Shown here in pieces: positions 15,855-25,636 of a DNA stretch of 25,779 nt. A program made the position numbers and the translations under genes. The DNA is taken from positions 1-25,779 of the forward strand of contig CBDUYR010000041.1 of the NCBI GenBank assembly GCA_965371515.1, read 5' to 3'. The notes below the pieces were generated by a model. It did no database searches. It was not told where the DNA came from and saw only the letters and a program-made list of their open reading frames with translations. Source of the stretch: an uncultured bacterium. GTDB taxonomy: Bacteria; Krumholzibacteriota; Krumholzibacteriia; Krumholzibacteriales; Krumholzibacteriaceae. How positions within the stretch are numbered: the first letter of the stretch is position 1; each line of letters begins with the position of its first letter.

Positions 15855-16475
15855 TTACTTCTTTATGTCGCTCTTCGAGACGAGCACGTTGTCGATCAGT
15901 CCATACTCGAGAGCCTCTTCGGCCGACATGAAATAATCCCTGTCAGTGTCCTTGGCAACTTTCTTGAGGCTCTGCCCGGTATGGTTAGCGATCAGTTCGT
16001 TCAACCTCGACTTGAGTTTCAGGATCTCCTTCGTGTAGATCTCGATAGTGCTCGCCTGACCCTGCGACCCGCCCGAAGGCTGGTGGATCATTACACGGGC
16101 GTGGGGAAGGGCCGATCTCTTGCCCTTCGTGCCGGCGGCCAGCAGGATCGCTCCCATACTTGCCGCCTGTCCCATGCAGATTGTTGCCACGTCACATGAA
16201 ATATACTGCATGGTGTCATATATCGCCAGTCCGGACGAGACCACACCACCCGGGCTGTTGATGTATATGAAGATATCCCTCTCCGGATCGTCAGCCTCGA
16301 GGAAGAGCAGCTGTGCAATGATGGAATTGGCCATCATATCCTCGATGGGATAACCGATGAATATGATCCTGTCCTTCAGGAGCCGCGAATAGATGTCATA
16401 GACTCTCTCCTCGCGTCCCTTGGTCTCGATCACGTATGGAATCGCCGCGTTCCTGATCAGTTTCTCTTCTGACAT
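15855..16475 (-). CDS. clpP: Clp protease proteolytic subunit
   Basis: Motifs [30 protein letters not shown] and DRDYFM. TGATG stop/start overlap with tig. Confidence 0.98.
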   Translation of the reverse strand: MSEEKLIRNAAIPYVIETKGREERVYDIYSRLLKDRIIFIGYPIEDMMANSIIAQLLFLEADDPERDIFIYINSPGGVVSSGLAIYDTMQYISCDVATICMGQAASMGAILLAAGTKGKRSALPHARVMIHQPSGGSQGQASTIEIYTKEILKLKSRLNELIANHTGQSLKKVAKDTDRDYFMSAEEALEYGLIDNVLVSKSDIKK

Positions 16476-17830
16476 CAGACCTTCTCCTCCCCGTCTTCGG
16501 GCTTTTTCTCCGGTTCCCTGCCGAGTATCAGGTCAAATACTCTCCGCTCCCTGATCCGGCCCATGAGATTCCTTCTCTGTTCTCCGCCCTTCTCGAAGTA
16601 GGGACGTATTTCATCGACAGGCCTGCCGCTCCCCGCGGCGACATGCTCGATCTCGGCCTCGATATGTGCGTCTGTCACCCTGATATCCTCAAGGCCTGCG
16701 ATCCGGTCTATGAGAAAGAACCTCTTTATACTCCTGCGCGCGATTCTTTCAAACAGCGCGTCTATCTCCTTCTTTTTCTCCTCATCCTCCTCCGCTCCCA
16801 CACCGGCCATGTCCCTGCGCTTCTCATCCTCTTTTTCGAGCTCGCCCTTATATCTGTCGATCATCGTGCCGGGCACGTCGAATGGATTTGCGTCGAGAAT
16901 ACTGTCGATGGCGGTCTCCTCCATCTTCCGTCGCGCCTCCTCCTCCTTCTCCGCTTTCATCCGTCTGCCGATGTCCTCACGAAGCTCTCCGATACTGGTG
17001 AACTTCTCGTCGACCTTCGCGGCGAAGGCGTCGTCGATCTCGGGAAGCCGCTTTTCCTTGACCTCCTTTACGGTGAATCTGTACCTGACCGTCTGGCCGG
17101 CGAGGTGCTCGGGCTTATATTCGCCGGGATAAGCGATCTCCGCTTTGCCCTCCTCGCCCTTCTTCTTCCCGATGACAGCTTCCTCAAACTCGGGGAAGAG
17201 CTGCCCGGCACCGAGCTGCACCGGGTAGTCCTCGACCTTCTTCGAATCGTCGAGCTCGCCGTCATCGCCGGACGGTATGTAATCGAGTACAACGACGTCG
17301 GACGTCGCTGCCTCTCTCTCCACCGGTTCGAAATCTGCGTGGCGTTCCCTGAGACTCTCAAACACGCGATCAATCTCCTCGTCGTCGACCGATATCTCCT
17401 CTGTCTCCACCTTCACGTCCTTATACCCTTCCAGTTCGATGACCGGTTCTACCTCCAGCTCTACCTTGAACTTCAAAGGCTTGTCGTCCTCGATCGATAT
17501 GTCCCTGAACACAGGGTCGCCGATCGGACGCAGACTCTCCGTCGACACAGCGTGCGCGTAAGCGTCGGGCAGCAGAGACTTGATCGCCTCGGAGTGTATT
17601 TCCTCGGCAAAACGCTGGCGGATGATATCCTTCGGCGCCCTTCCTCTCCTGAATCCGGGAATTGTGGCATCCTTCTTAAAGCCGGCAAGGACCCTGGCTT
17701 TTTCGTCCGCGAGAAGGCCGGGCTCGACCTCGATGGAGATCGTCCTGCGGCAGTCCCCGCCTTCTGTTATCTCTACATTGATCCCTTCCATGCGTTTCTC
17801 TTCAGTCATCTCTTCCTCTCCGGCAGCCAT
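16475..17830 (-). CDS. tig: Trigger factor
   Basis: [10 protein letters not shown] signature and FKBP-like middle domain; upstream of clpP-clpX-lon. The true start may be the ATG at 17809 or 17791. Confidence 0.95.
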   Translation of the reverse strand: MAAGEEEMTEEKRMEGINVEITEGGDCRRTISIEVEPGLLADEKARVLAGFKKDATIPGFRRGRAPKDIIRQRFAEEIHSEAIKSLLPDAYAHAVSTESLRPIGDPVFRDISIEDDKPLKFKVELEVEPVIELEGYKDVKVETEEISVDDEEIDRVFESLRERHADFEPVEREAATSDVVVLDYIPSGDDGELDDSKKVEDYPVQLGAGQLFPEFEEAVIGKKKGEEGKAEIAYPGEYKPEHLAGQTVRYRFTVKEVKEKRLPEIDDAFAAKVDEKFTSIGELREDIGRRMKAEKEEEARRKMEETAIDSILDANPFDVPGTMIDRYKGELEKEDEKRRDMAGVGAEEDEEKKKEIDALFERIARRSIKRFFLIDRIAGLEDIRVTDAHIEAEIEHVAAGSGRPVDEIRPYFEKGGEQRRNLMGRIRERRVFDLILGREPEKKPEDGEEKV

Positions 17831-18427
17831 TAATCATCCACCTGCCGGTAATTTTATCACCCTGGTGCCGGACGGGGGATTTCCCCCTGACTGTCATTTC
17901 TGATGCCCTCCAAAAGTCCAGCTCAGGAGCTATATGTCTAACTTACAACAATTTACAAATATATCGGGCACACTCCATCTGCTGTAAGTTACTGCATTTT
18001 CGAGTCTCGTCAAGTTCCTTATTCCGATACATAGGCAAACCTTTATATCACCTTTGCGCCATCCGTGCCAAGCAGATTGTCTGATTCATGGTTAACCGCC
18101 AATTCTCGAAGAAGTTGAGAGGATTTTAAAACTCGTCGATTCCCGGTCTTCTGACTTTATTACGGTCATCATTTAGTATCTGATTCATTCTCATTATTAT
18201 ATACACGCGAAACGCCAATACATTTCCATCCAAACCAGGCACCACCGCGCTGCTGTCCATCATCAAATTCTTGATGAACCCCGGTGTAAGTTTCTTTATA
18301 GACTTCCGCAGTAAACCTGATGTCTTGCCGGATAAAGTACCGCAGAACTGATCTGTTCAATAATCGCTTTCGACATTAAACCATCCGGCCCGGCATTCCT
18401 GAGTCGAACGTATTTATTTTCAAGATG

Positions 18428-18509
<82 letters not shown>

Positions 18510-18525
18510 TGTAATGCGTGTTCGT

Positions 18526-19308
18526 TCAGTTCCCCTTGAACTTCGCCTCGCGCTTCTCGAGGAAGGCGCTCATTCCCTCCTTGAAGTCCTCCGTTCCGCA
18601 GGTGATCGCGAAGAGGTCCTGCTCGAGCCTGCACCCCTCCTCGAAGGACATCTCGGTGCCGTGATTGACTGCCTCCATGATCGCCTTGACGGCAAACGGT
18701 GGCTTGGTCATCAGGATGCCGGCGAGCTTCATGACCTCTTCCTCGAGGTCATCGTGCGGGACGACTTGGTTGACCAGCCCGATATCAAGGGCCTCCTCAG
18801 CCTTTATTACCCTGCCTGAGAGCATCAGTTCCATCGCGATCCCCCGGGGCACAAGGCGCGCGAGTCTCACGGTGCCACCGTAACCTGGTATGGTACCGAG
18901 GTTTATCTCGGGCTGGCCCATCTTCGCCTTGTCGCTGGCGATCCTCAGTGTGCAGGCCATCGCGATCTCGCATCCGCCGCCTAGCGCGAACCCGTTCACT
19001 GCAGCTATGACGGGCTTGCCGAGGTTCTCGATGAGATTGCAAAGACGGTGCCCGCGTTCCGAAAATACCTTGCCGCCGACAAGGCCCTGCCCGGAGAGTT
19101 CCGGTATATCGGCTCCCGCGGCGAACGATTTTCCCCCCTCGCCGGTCAGGATGGCGACCTTCGTAACTTCGTCGTCCCTGATATCGGTAAATGCCTCTAT
19201 GAGTTCCTTTATCGTATTGATATTCAACGCGTTGAGCTTATCGGGCCTGTTTATCGCCACTCTGGCCACCCCACCCGACTTTTCCACCTTAATGCATTCA
19301 AAAGACAT
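18526..19308 (-). CDS. Enoyl-CoA hydratase/crotonase family protein
   Basis: Motifs NRPDKLNALN, FAAGADI, AAVNGFALGGGCEIAMAC and PEINLGTIPGYGGT. AAGGAG RBS. Confidence 0.95.
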   Translation of the reverse strand: MSFECIKVEKSGGVARVAINRPDKLNALNINTIKELIEAFTDIRDDEVTKVAILTGEGGKSFAAGADIPELSGQGLVGGKVFSERGHRLCNLIENLGKPVIAAVNGFALGGGCEIAMACTLRIASDKAKMGQPEINLGTIPGYGGTVRLARLVPRGIAMELMLSGRVIKAEEALDIGLVNQVVPHDDLEEEVMKLAGILMTKPPFAVKAIMEAVNHGTEMSFEEGCRLEQDLFAITCGTEDFKEGMSAFLEKREAKFKGN

Positions 19309-19333
19309 TATTTACTCCTTTCTACGAACCGCT

Positions 19334-19362
19334 ATTAAAGATGGCATATACGTTGCTGTCAA
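19334..19362 (-). promoter_or_regulatory. Putative sigma-70 promoter TTGACA-N17-TTTAAT for crotonase/tRNA-Leu
   Basis: Consensus -35 with 17-nt spacing, upstream of the RBS. Confidence 0.6.
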
Positions 19363-19419
19363 TATTAAACTACCGGCCCGGTGCCGCCGCGATGGCTGAG
19401 CCCGAGGACGGATTATGCC

Positions 19420-22062
19420 ATGCGTAAAGCCGTATTGACACTGATAATATTGCTTGCCCTGCCCGGGGTCTGCCTCGGAGATGGGACAAGGGCACTGAGA
19501 CAGCAGATGGCCGGTTACCTGCGGAGCGGCAGCGCCCCTTCCGCCCTGCCGGACAACCATCCCCTGGCTACACTTAAGAGGGCGCCGGTGACTGCGACGG
19601 TCGTCTGGCTCCTCTTCCACGAAAATCCGACCCTTCTCGCTGAGCTCTATCCGGTAATCGACGAAACGGTGATGGACTACTTCTCCGAGGAACGGACGAA
19701 CGAGAACAACTTCATTTCGGGATACTGGCTCGATGACAGGGCCTCGGGGGCTGTCTGCCCCGGCCTCAACGCCCTCGCCGCACTGGACCTGCATTCCCTC
19801 TCACTCATTGCCTCGGCAGCCGGACACCACAGAGAGGCGATGGATCTGAGAAAACTGTCGCGCGACTTTTCCGACGCGATCACCGATTATTTCTTCGATC
19901 ACACAAACAGCCTCTTCCTGCCAGTCGCAGAGGACGGATCGTACGCACCGGTCTATGAGCCCACTCAGCTCCTTCCCTTAATTCTGAATATTGGGATCGA
20001 CATCGAGACGCGTACGCGCATAGCGGAGAGGCTCCTTTACGAGACAGCGAGAAACAGCAGCGGATCCTTGACGACGCTCTGGGGCGATCCGGCTTCAAGA
20101 ACGATGATAGTCTCGCTGCTTGCCGGTGTGGACGGATTTCCGCCGGGAAGACTCGAGAGGCTGCCTCATTCGTCGGGCGCAATAGATGTCCCTGAAGCCT
20201 GGCAGTCATTATGGAGCCCCAGCAATGAAGTCTCCGGAATCCTTTTCCCGGTCTGCGACGAGCTCTTCATCCTTACAAACCTCAGCGTATATCTCGGCGA
20301 GAGCAGGCTGATGCTGAAGGAAGTGCTGAAGCCCCTTTCGTCGGATCTCGACACTCTGACCGATATGCTTTCGGGAGATCCTGTCGATCTCGAGATCCAT
20401 ATAGAGGCAGTATCCACTGCCAACAGGATGCTCGCATCCCTGTCGATGATTAATTCGACCATCGAGAAGGACGAGCGCATCTGGAAGATCTTCGAGGAGT
20501 ACATATGGAACAGGCTGTCGCGGCGTAAGCAGAAGATGATCGCGCAGGCGTTCTCATTGTCAATAGGAGAGCTGCTCGAGGCGAAAAGGATGAGCTCCCA
20601 CGGGTTTATCCGGACGACCGGTATCCATGCCGACGCCCGTCTCCCCGACAGACCGGTTCCGGCCGGACGGAAGATCGAGATGGAGGCCCGTATCTGGACT
20701 GATGGAATCAAACTCGGGATCGAGAGGATCTACCTCCAGGCCGGTACAAACAGATGGAAGTTTACCGAGGCCGGCGAGCTCCTCGAGCTCAGACCCGGTG
20801 CCGCCCCTTTTACATGGCAACGCACAATCAGCGTCCCCCCCGGGAACGAACCGGGCATCAAGTCTATTCCTCTCTTTTTCGATTTCATGAGCGGCGGAAA
20901 GCGGGTGGAGATCCACTCGATGGCCAGTGTCATCCTGACGAGCGGCTACGACATATCGCTGAACTATCCGGCGGGCAGGCGCCTCATGGATAATACACTC
21001 CCCCTCAACATAACGGTCCGTTACGGAACGGAACATCCGATACAGGGAATCGTCGAAGGCGTCTTCTACAGGGACCTCGGTTGCACGCCCGAGCTGCCCG
21101 CGAGGTTCATGATCAGGGAAAACGTCGACATCACTACTCTGCCACTGACAATCAATCCCCCCAAATCACTGCCCCCGGGGAGATACCCCTTCACACTGTC
21201 GGTTAAGATCGACGGCAGCACCGTCGCCGCCTTCGAGGATGAGCTCGTAAGACCCGTCCGATGGCTGCATCTAGGCCCCCTGCCGAACCGCGGGTGGGTA
21301 ATAGAAAACGCCACATCGCTGCAGAACGACCTGTACGGCACGCACACTCTTTCCGACGGCAGGAAACTGCGCTGGAGCAAGGTCCCGCAAGGGGCATTCG
21401 ACGAATATGGATCGGTGATCCCCGACAGGCTGTACGGCAGCGGCAGCGACAGGTGCATAATCCTCTATACAGTGGTGAACGCGGACAAACGCCGCAAGGT
21501 GCGCTGGAAGATAAGGTCGAGCAACGACTCGAACTTCTGGATAAACGAAGTCCCGCTTCTCGTCGACGGTTCATCCGGATCCTCGAAGAGCGGGGTCACA
21601 ATGCTGCGCGAGGGTCACAACTCGCTTCTGCTTTCATCCGCATGGGACGAGTTCCCCGACAGGGTGCTGCTCGAGCTCAGCGATGAAAACGGCTTACCCC
21701 TTGTCGGGATAGGCAACAACGTCGATGCAGTAGTGAGGGACTTCGCTTTGATCAGCGAGACTGCCGCCAAATCCAGCTCCACAGCCGCCGGCAACAGCCA
21801 GCCGCGCGAGGTCACGTTCAAGATCGATTGTTCCGACGCCTCCGAGGTTTCTCTCATAGGCGAGTTCAACAATTGGTCCCCCACGGTGGCGCCGATGAAG
21901 CTCACACCAAGCGGAATGTGGCACGTCACCGTGATGCTGCCACCTGGGATCTACTCGTACAAGTTCCTCGTAGACCGCAAGCAGAAACTGCCCGATCCAG
22001 CCGCGACCGGCTCGGAGCCTGACGGCTTCGGGGGAACCAATTCAATTATAAAGATAAAGTGA
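19420..22062 (+). CDS. Large exported multidomain protein with a C-terminal CBM48/AMPK-beta-type glycogen-binding domain
   Basis: Signal peptide MRKAVLTLIILLALPGVCLG from the ATG at 19420. C-terminus ASEVSLIGEFNNW...GMWHVTVMLPPGIYSYKFLVD...DGFGGTNS. Helical N-terminal half and beta-sandwich middle. Confidence 0.7.
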   Translation: MRKAVLTLIILLALPGVCLGDGTRALRQQMAGYLRSGSAPSALPDNHPLATLKRAPVTATVVWLLFHENPTLLAELYPVIDETVMDYFSEERTNENNFISGYWLDDRASGAVCPGLNALAALDLHSLSLIASAAGHHREAMDLRKLSRDFSDAITDYFFDHTNSLFLPVAEDGSYAPVYEPTQLLPLILNIGIDIETRTRIAERLLYETARNSSGSLTTLWGDPASRTMIVSLLAGVDGFPPGRLERLPHSSGAIDVPEAWQSLWSPSNEVSGILFPVCDELFILTNLSVYLGESRLMLKEVLKPLSSDLDTLTDMLSGDPVDLEIHIEAVSTANRMLASLSMINSTIEKDERIWKIFEEYIWNRLSRRKQKMIAQAFSLSIGELLEAKRMSSHGFIRTTGIHADARLPDRPVPAGRKIEMEARIWTDGIKLGIERIYLQAGTNRWKFTEAGELLELRPGAAPFTWQRTISVPPGNEPGIKSIPLFFDFMSGGKRVEIHSMASVILTSGYDISLNYPAGRRLMDNTLPLNITVRYGTEHPIQGIVEGVFYRDLGCTPELPARFMIRENVDITTLPLTINPPKSLPPGRYPFTLSVKIDGSTVAAFEDELVRPVRWLHLGPLPNRGWVIENATSLQNDLYGTHTLSDGRKLRWSKVPQGAFDEYGSVIPDRLYGSGSDRCIILYTVVNADKRRKVRWKIRSSNDSNFWINEVPLLVDGSSGSSKSGVTMLREGHNSLLLSSAWDEFPDRVLLELSDENGLPLVGIGNNVDAVVRDFALISETAAKSSSTAAGNSQPREVTFKIDCSDASEVSLIGEFNNWSPTVAPMKLTPSGMWHVTVMLPPGIYSYKFLVDRKQKLPDPAATGSEPDGFGGTNSIIKIK

Positions 22063-22079
22063 TACTTCCGGACGTTCTT

Positions 22080-24206
22080 TTAGAGATTCACGCCTGTCAG
22101 GCCGAGAAGCGTGTGGAGCAGTCCCCCCGTGAGCACGGAGACTGCCAGTACCACGAAGAATATCGCCGCCGCACTGCGGACGCCGATCTCCTTTATCGTG
22201 ACGATTACCGTGGCGAGACACGGGATGAACAGACTCATCACAACAAGCGCGATGACTACCTGGTTTCCATCGAGCATGCCGTCCTGCCATAGCCTGTAGA
22301 GGCCGGCCGCACCATAGTCCCGTCTGAAGAATCCCAGTATGAACGCCGCCGCGCTCTCGACCGGCAGCCCGAGGAATCTTACCACGACCGGTTCGATGAT
22401 CCTGTGAAGAGTGTTCATGGCGCCCGTTCTGTCGAGGACAAAGAGGACGACCGTCGCGGCAAGAAAGAAAGGCAGCGCCTCCTTGAGGAACCAGACAGCC
22501 CGTGCCTTCGTCTTCAGCAGGATGTTTCCCACGCGCGGGGTCCTCAGCGGGGGAAGCTCGAGCATGAAATCGGACGATCGGCCCGGCACCAGTTTCCTGA
22601 GGACCATCCCTGCCAGGACGAACTCGATCGCAATGATCGATCCGATCACGAGAACACCTGCCGGCGAGACGGCGGAGAGCAGCGCCATGATGACGCCGAG
22701 TTGCGCCGAGCAGGGTATCGCAAGCGACAGGAGTGTGATCACGATAATCCTCTCCTTGCGCGTCTCTAGTATCCTGCTCGAGAGGACCGCCATCGTAACA
22801 CACCCGAATCCCAGTACGAACGGAAGGGTCGCCTTTCCGTTCACGCCTACGACCTTCAGCGCTTTGTTCGTCAGGACTGTAAGGCGCGGAAAGTATCCCG
22901 TATCCTCGAGTACCCCGAATACGAGGAAAAAGACGATGACGATCGGAAGGACGATCGAGATCGCATAGGTGATTCCCATACTGAGCAGCCCGAAATCCCC
23001 GACGATAAGATCCTTCAGGAAGCCGTCGGAGAGAATGCCCTCAACGGCCGGGATGACGTACCGCCTGAACACCCCGTTCTCGAGGAAATCGACGAGCGTA
23101 CCCGCAGCGAATACTCCCACGAGCATATAGATAAGGTAGAGGACAAGAAAAAGGATCAGCATCCCGTAAAACGGATGGAGTGTTATTGAACCCATCCCCT
23201 TCGCCCCGGCGATCGTTATTCCAAGTACGACGGCTATCAGAACGAACAGGGTCGGGAAAAGACCGGTAGCGGACAGGGCGTCCCTTCCGAATATCAGGTA
23301 GAGCACGGTGGTCACGACTGCGATTAACGCCGCGGGGATGAATTTCCCCATCCCACCGTGATGCACTGTTTTTTCCCCGTCCTCGACGATGACGCTTCCT
23401 GCGATGATCCTCTCTGCCCAGCCTTTTCTTGCCGATGCAATCAGGAATCCAGGCGGCTCGAAGAATCTTTCCTTTGTCAACGTCAGTTTCTTCCGCGCAT
23501 CGCCGAGCTTCCCGCGGCTTTCCCTGCTGAAGACATCCTCGTGCCCTGTCATGAACGAGAGGGCTCCGAACAGCCCTAAAGGATTCACATCATCGAGATC
23601 CGCCTCCGTTTCTCGAATCGACTCGGACAATCTGGCCGGATACCCGACCCTGGTGTCCGGGACCCTTGCCTGCCCTCCGTTGATCGTGGCGGCCAGCTTC
23701 GCAAGACCGACCTTCTCCACAGCAACCGCTTCTATAACCTCGATCCCGAGAAGGGACGAGAGCTCCCTCGTGTCTATGTCGAATCCTCGCTGCCTCGCCT
23801 CATCCATCATGTTGAGGACAAGTATCATCCTGCAGCCGATCTCGGCTAGCTGGCTTGTCAAAAGCAGAGCTCTGAAGAGGTTCTTCGCGTCGGCAACCTG
23901 GACGACAGTCGCATCGCTGTCGGCAAGAATCATATCCCTCGTGACCTTTTCGTCCTCGCTGCGCGGCAGCAGGGAGTTCACACCGGGGGTGTCTACGACC
24001 TCGCGGCCCTGCCTCGGTCCCATCACTCCGGTCGATATCTCGACCGTGGTACCGGGATAGTTCGACGCAATCGAATATCTTCCCGTTAGATAAGAGAATA
24101 TAACGCTCTTACCGACGTTAGGATTTCCGACGAGGAGCACCCTTCCACCCTCGCCTGCGGCCAGATGATGCTGTCTGAACTTGCGGTGTCTTTTCCTGTT
24201 CTTCAT
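22080..24206 (-). CDS. feoB: Ferrous iron transport protein B
   Basis: Motifs GNPNVGKS, NYPGTTVE, DTPG, NMMDEA, LEDTGYFPR, LGFGC, IPCSAQ, FMLELPP and LFIPC. Confidence 0.95.
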   Translation of the reverse strand: MKNRKRHRKFRQHHLAAGEGGRVLLVGNPNVGKSVIFSYLTGRYSIASNYPGTTVEISTGVMGPRQGREVVDTPGVNSLLPRSEDEKVTRDMILADSDATVVQVADAKNLFRALLLTSQLAEIGCRMILVLNMMDEARQRGFDIDTRELSSLLGIEVIEAVAVEKVGLAKLAATINGGQARVPDTRVGYPARLSESIRETEADLDDVNPLGLFGALSFMTGHEDVFSRESRGKLGDARKKLTLTKERFFEPPGFLIASARKGWAERIIAGSVIVEDGEKTVHHGGMGKFIPAALIAVVTTVLYLIFGRDALSATGLFPTLFVLIAVVLGITIAGAKGMGSITLHPFYGMLILFLVLYLIYMLVGVFAAGTLVDFLENGVFRRYVIPAVEGILSDGFLKDLIVGDFGLLSMGITYAISIVLPIVIVFFLVFGVLEDTGYFPRLTVLTNKALKVVGVNGKATLPFVLGFGCVTMAVLSSRILETRKERIIVITLLSLAIPCSAQLGVIMALLSAVSPAGVLVIGSIIAIEFVLAGMVLRKLVPGRSSDFMLELPPLRTPRVGNILLKTKARAVWFLKEALPFFLAATVVLFVLDRTGAMNTLHRIIEPVVVRFLGLPVESAAAFILGFFRRDYGAAGLYRLWQDGMLDGNQVVIALVVMSLFIPCLATVIVTIKEIGVRSAAAIFFVVLAVSVLTGGLLHTLLGLTGVNL

Positions 24207-24230
24207 GTCGAATGGATCCCGCTTGCGGCA

Positions 24231-24908
24231 TCAGCTGCGAACAACGTGAACGTCCTCTACGAGCCTCTTCTCCAGGGCAAGCTGGGTCTCTCCGAGAATC
24301 AGTATCAGAAGGGGCTCCTTCTGATGAACCTTTACGACCCTGCCGGGGAAAAGTCCCAGTGACGTAAGCCTGTCGAGCCTGTGGTGATCGGTCGTGGCAA
24401 TATAAACGACCCTGCCGCTCTCCCCCGAGGAGAGCTCGGTCAGCCGCACGACTGCCGTCTCGATCTGCTTCTGCGCCCGCTCGCAGCACTTGCCCCTCGG
24501 AATATCATAGCCGTGAGGACATTTCGTCGGGTGTCCCAGCAGCGTGCATATGTGGTCGGTCACTTCAGGCGAGAGGAAATGCTCGAAGGCGCAGGCATCC
24601 GATTCGATGGCAGCGTTTTCCCTGACATTGAGCACGTCGACGAGAAGCCGCTCGGCCAGCCTGTGACGCCTTATTATACCACTGGCCCGGACCTCTCCTT
24701 TTTCTGTGAATTCGTATGTATCCTCGCCGGCGCTCGAGAGATACCCATGCTCGACGAGTCTCTCGATATGGCGTTTGTCGGCCGATCCCGTATGGCTCCT
24801 CTCGATGATCTTGGAAGCGGACCTAGTTTCCCCCGCCTCGGTCAGCATCCATACGCTCTCGAGTATCTCGTCGAGCGGATCGTGATAACAAGTGTTGTCG
24901 TTGTTCAA
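24231..24908 (-). CDS. DtxR/MntR-family metal-dependent regulator with a C-terminal FeoA (SH3-like) domain
   Basis: RRHRLAERLL, ACAFEHFLS, PTKCPHG and FeoA-like RLTSLGLFPG. The start is reassigned to the in-frame TTG at 24908, 8 nt after GGAGG. Confidence 0.88.
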   Translation of the reverse strand: MNNDNTCYHDPLDEILESVWMLTEAGETRSASKIIERSHTGSADKRHIERLVEHGYLSSAGEDTYEFTEKGEVRASGIIRRHRLAERLLVDVLNVRENAAIESDACAFEHFLSPEVTDHICTLLGHPTKCPHGYDIPRGKCCERAQKQIETAVVRLTELSSGESGRVVYIATTDHHRLDRLTSLGLFPGRVVKVHQKEPLLILILGETQLALEKRLVEDVHVVRS

Positions 24909-24936
24909 CTTTAATTCCTCCAGGCCACAGGCGGAA

Positions 24937-24964
24937 ATTAAATCATATGTAATACTCGTGTCAA
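24937..24964 (-). promoter_or_regulatory. Putative sigma-70 promoter TTGACA-N16-TTTAAT for the regulator-feoB operon
   Basis: Consensus -35 and TGn-extended -10, upstream of the GGAGG RBS. Confidence 0.5.
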
Positions 24965-25039
24965 TCCTGATAATGCTTTTCTGCCCAGTCCCATCTTTAT
25001 ATAATACAAGTGAAGCTGAGACCCCCGAAAGGAGAGACA

Positions 25040-25630
25040 TTGAAATTCCGGCGGTTCGTTCCCGCGGTCATGCTCACCGTTATCATCGCCTCAGCCCCGT
25101 CCGGCGCAGGCGCGCAGGAGATGCGCCGACTCAGCGTCGGGCTCCTACCTGTCTTCTACCTCTTCGATAACGACTATTTCGGCATCGGAAACGGAGGCGG
25201 CGCGGATATCGTCCTGAGGTACGAGATAAGGCAGAATGTCTTCTTAGAGAACCGTCTCGGTGGCTACGCGGCCGGACAGGACGGCCACAACATCACCGGG
25301 TTCAACGGTCAGGTCGGCGTGATGACCTTCTTCCCCGTATGGATCCCCTACCGTCCATCGGCTCGGCTGGCCCTGGCTCTGATAACGGCTAATCCCGTCG
25401 TCTCGGAACCAGTCCAGGAGTTCCGGCCGTCGCAGACCCTCTTCTACTTCGTCGCCGGGGTCGGTATTACACGGTCGATAAGGGAAGATTTTCAGCTCGA
25501 GGCGGGGGTCGACGTACTCTTCACCCCGTACAGCTACAACGTGTACAAGTTCTACAGGCAGTACGTTGAGATTCAAGAAACGAGGTTCACTCATCTCGCA
25601 TTTTTCATCGGCGCTTCTTATACCTTCTGA
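25040..25630 (+). CDS. Outer-membrane beta-barrel protein (small, probably 8-stranded)
   Basis: TTG at 25040 after AAGGAGA, signal peptide ending AGA-QE, amphipathic strands and a C-terminal beta-signal IGASYTF. Confidence 0.75.
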   Translation: MKFRRFVPAVMLTVIIASAPSGAGAQEMRRLSVGLLPVFYLFDNDYFGIGNGGGADIVLRYEIRQNVFLENRLGGYAAGQDGHNITGFNGQVGVMTFFPVWIPYRPSARLALALITANPVVSEPVQEFRPSQTLFYFVAGVGITRSIREDFQLEAGVDVLFTPYSYNVYKFYRQYVEIQETRFTHLAFFIGASYTF

Positions 25631-25636
25631 TCCATA

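Noticed and set aside
12097..17833. Long + strand ORFs (495, 242, 304 and 396 aa) antisense to lon, clpX and tig
   Set aside because: They are shadow ORFs produced by biased codon usage in conserved GC-rich genes and have no recognisable motifs.
18169..18360. 63-aa ORF between tRNA-Leu and tig
   Set aside because: TTG start with no clear SD and no recognisable domain.
17863..18389. Possible tmRNA or c-di-GMP riboswitch in the tRNA-Leu-tig gap
   Set aside because: The ends lack the GGGG...CCACCA alanine acceptor of tmRNA. The GGCAAACC and GGCGCAAAG pieces lie on opposite strands, so they cannot form a GEMM motif.
24909..25040. N-terminal extensions of the DtxR-like ORF (start 25040) and the barrel ORF (start 25010)
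   Set aside because: They would overlap each other and the promoters. Better SD-associated TTG starts exist at 24908 (-) and 25040 (+).
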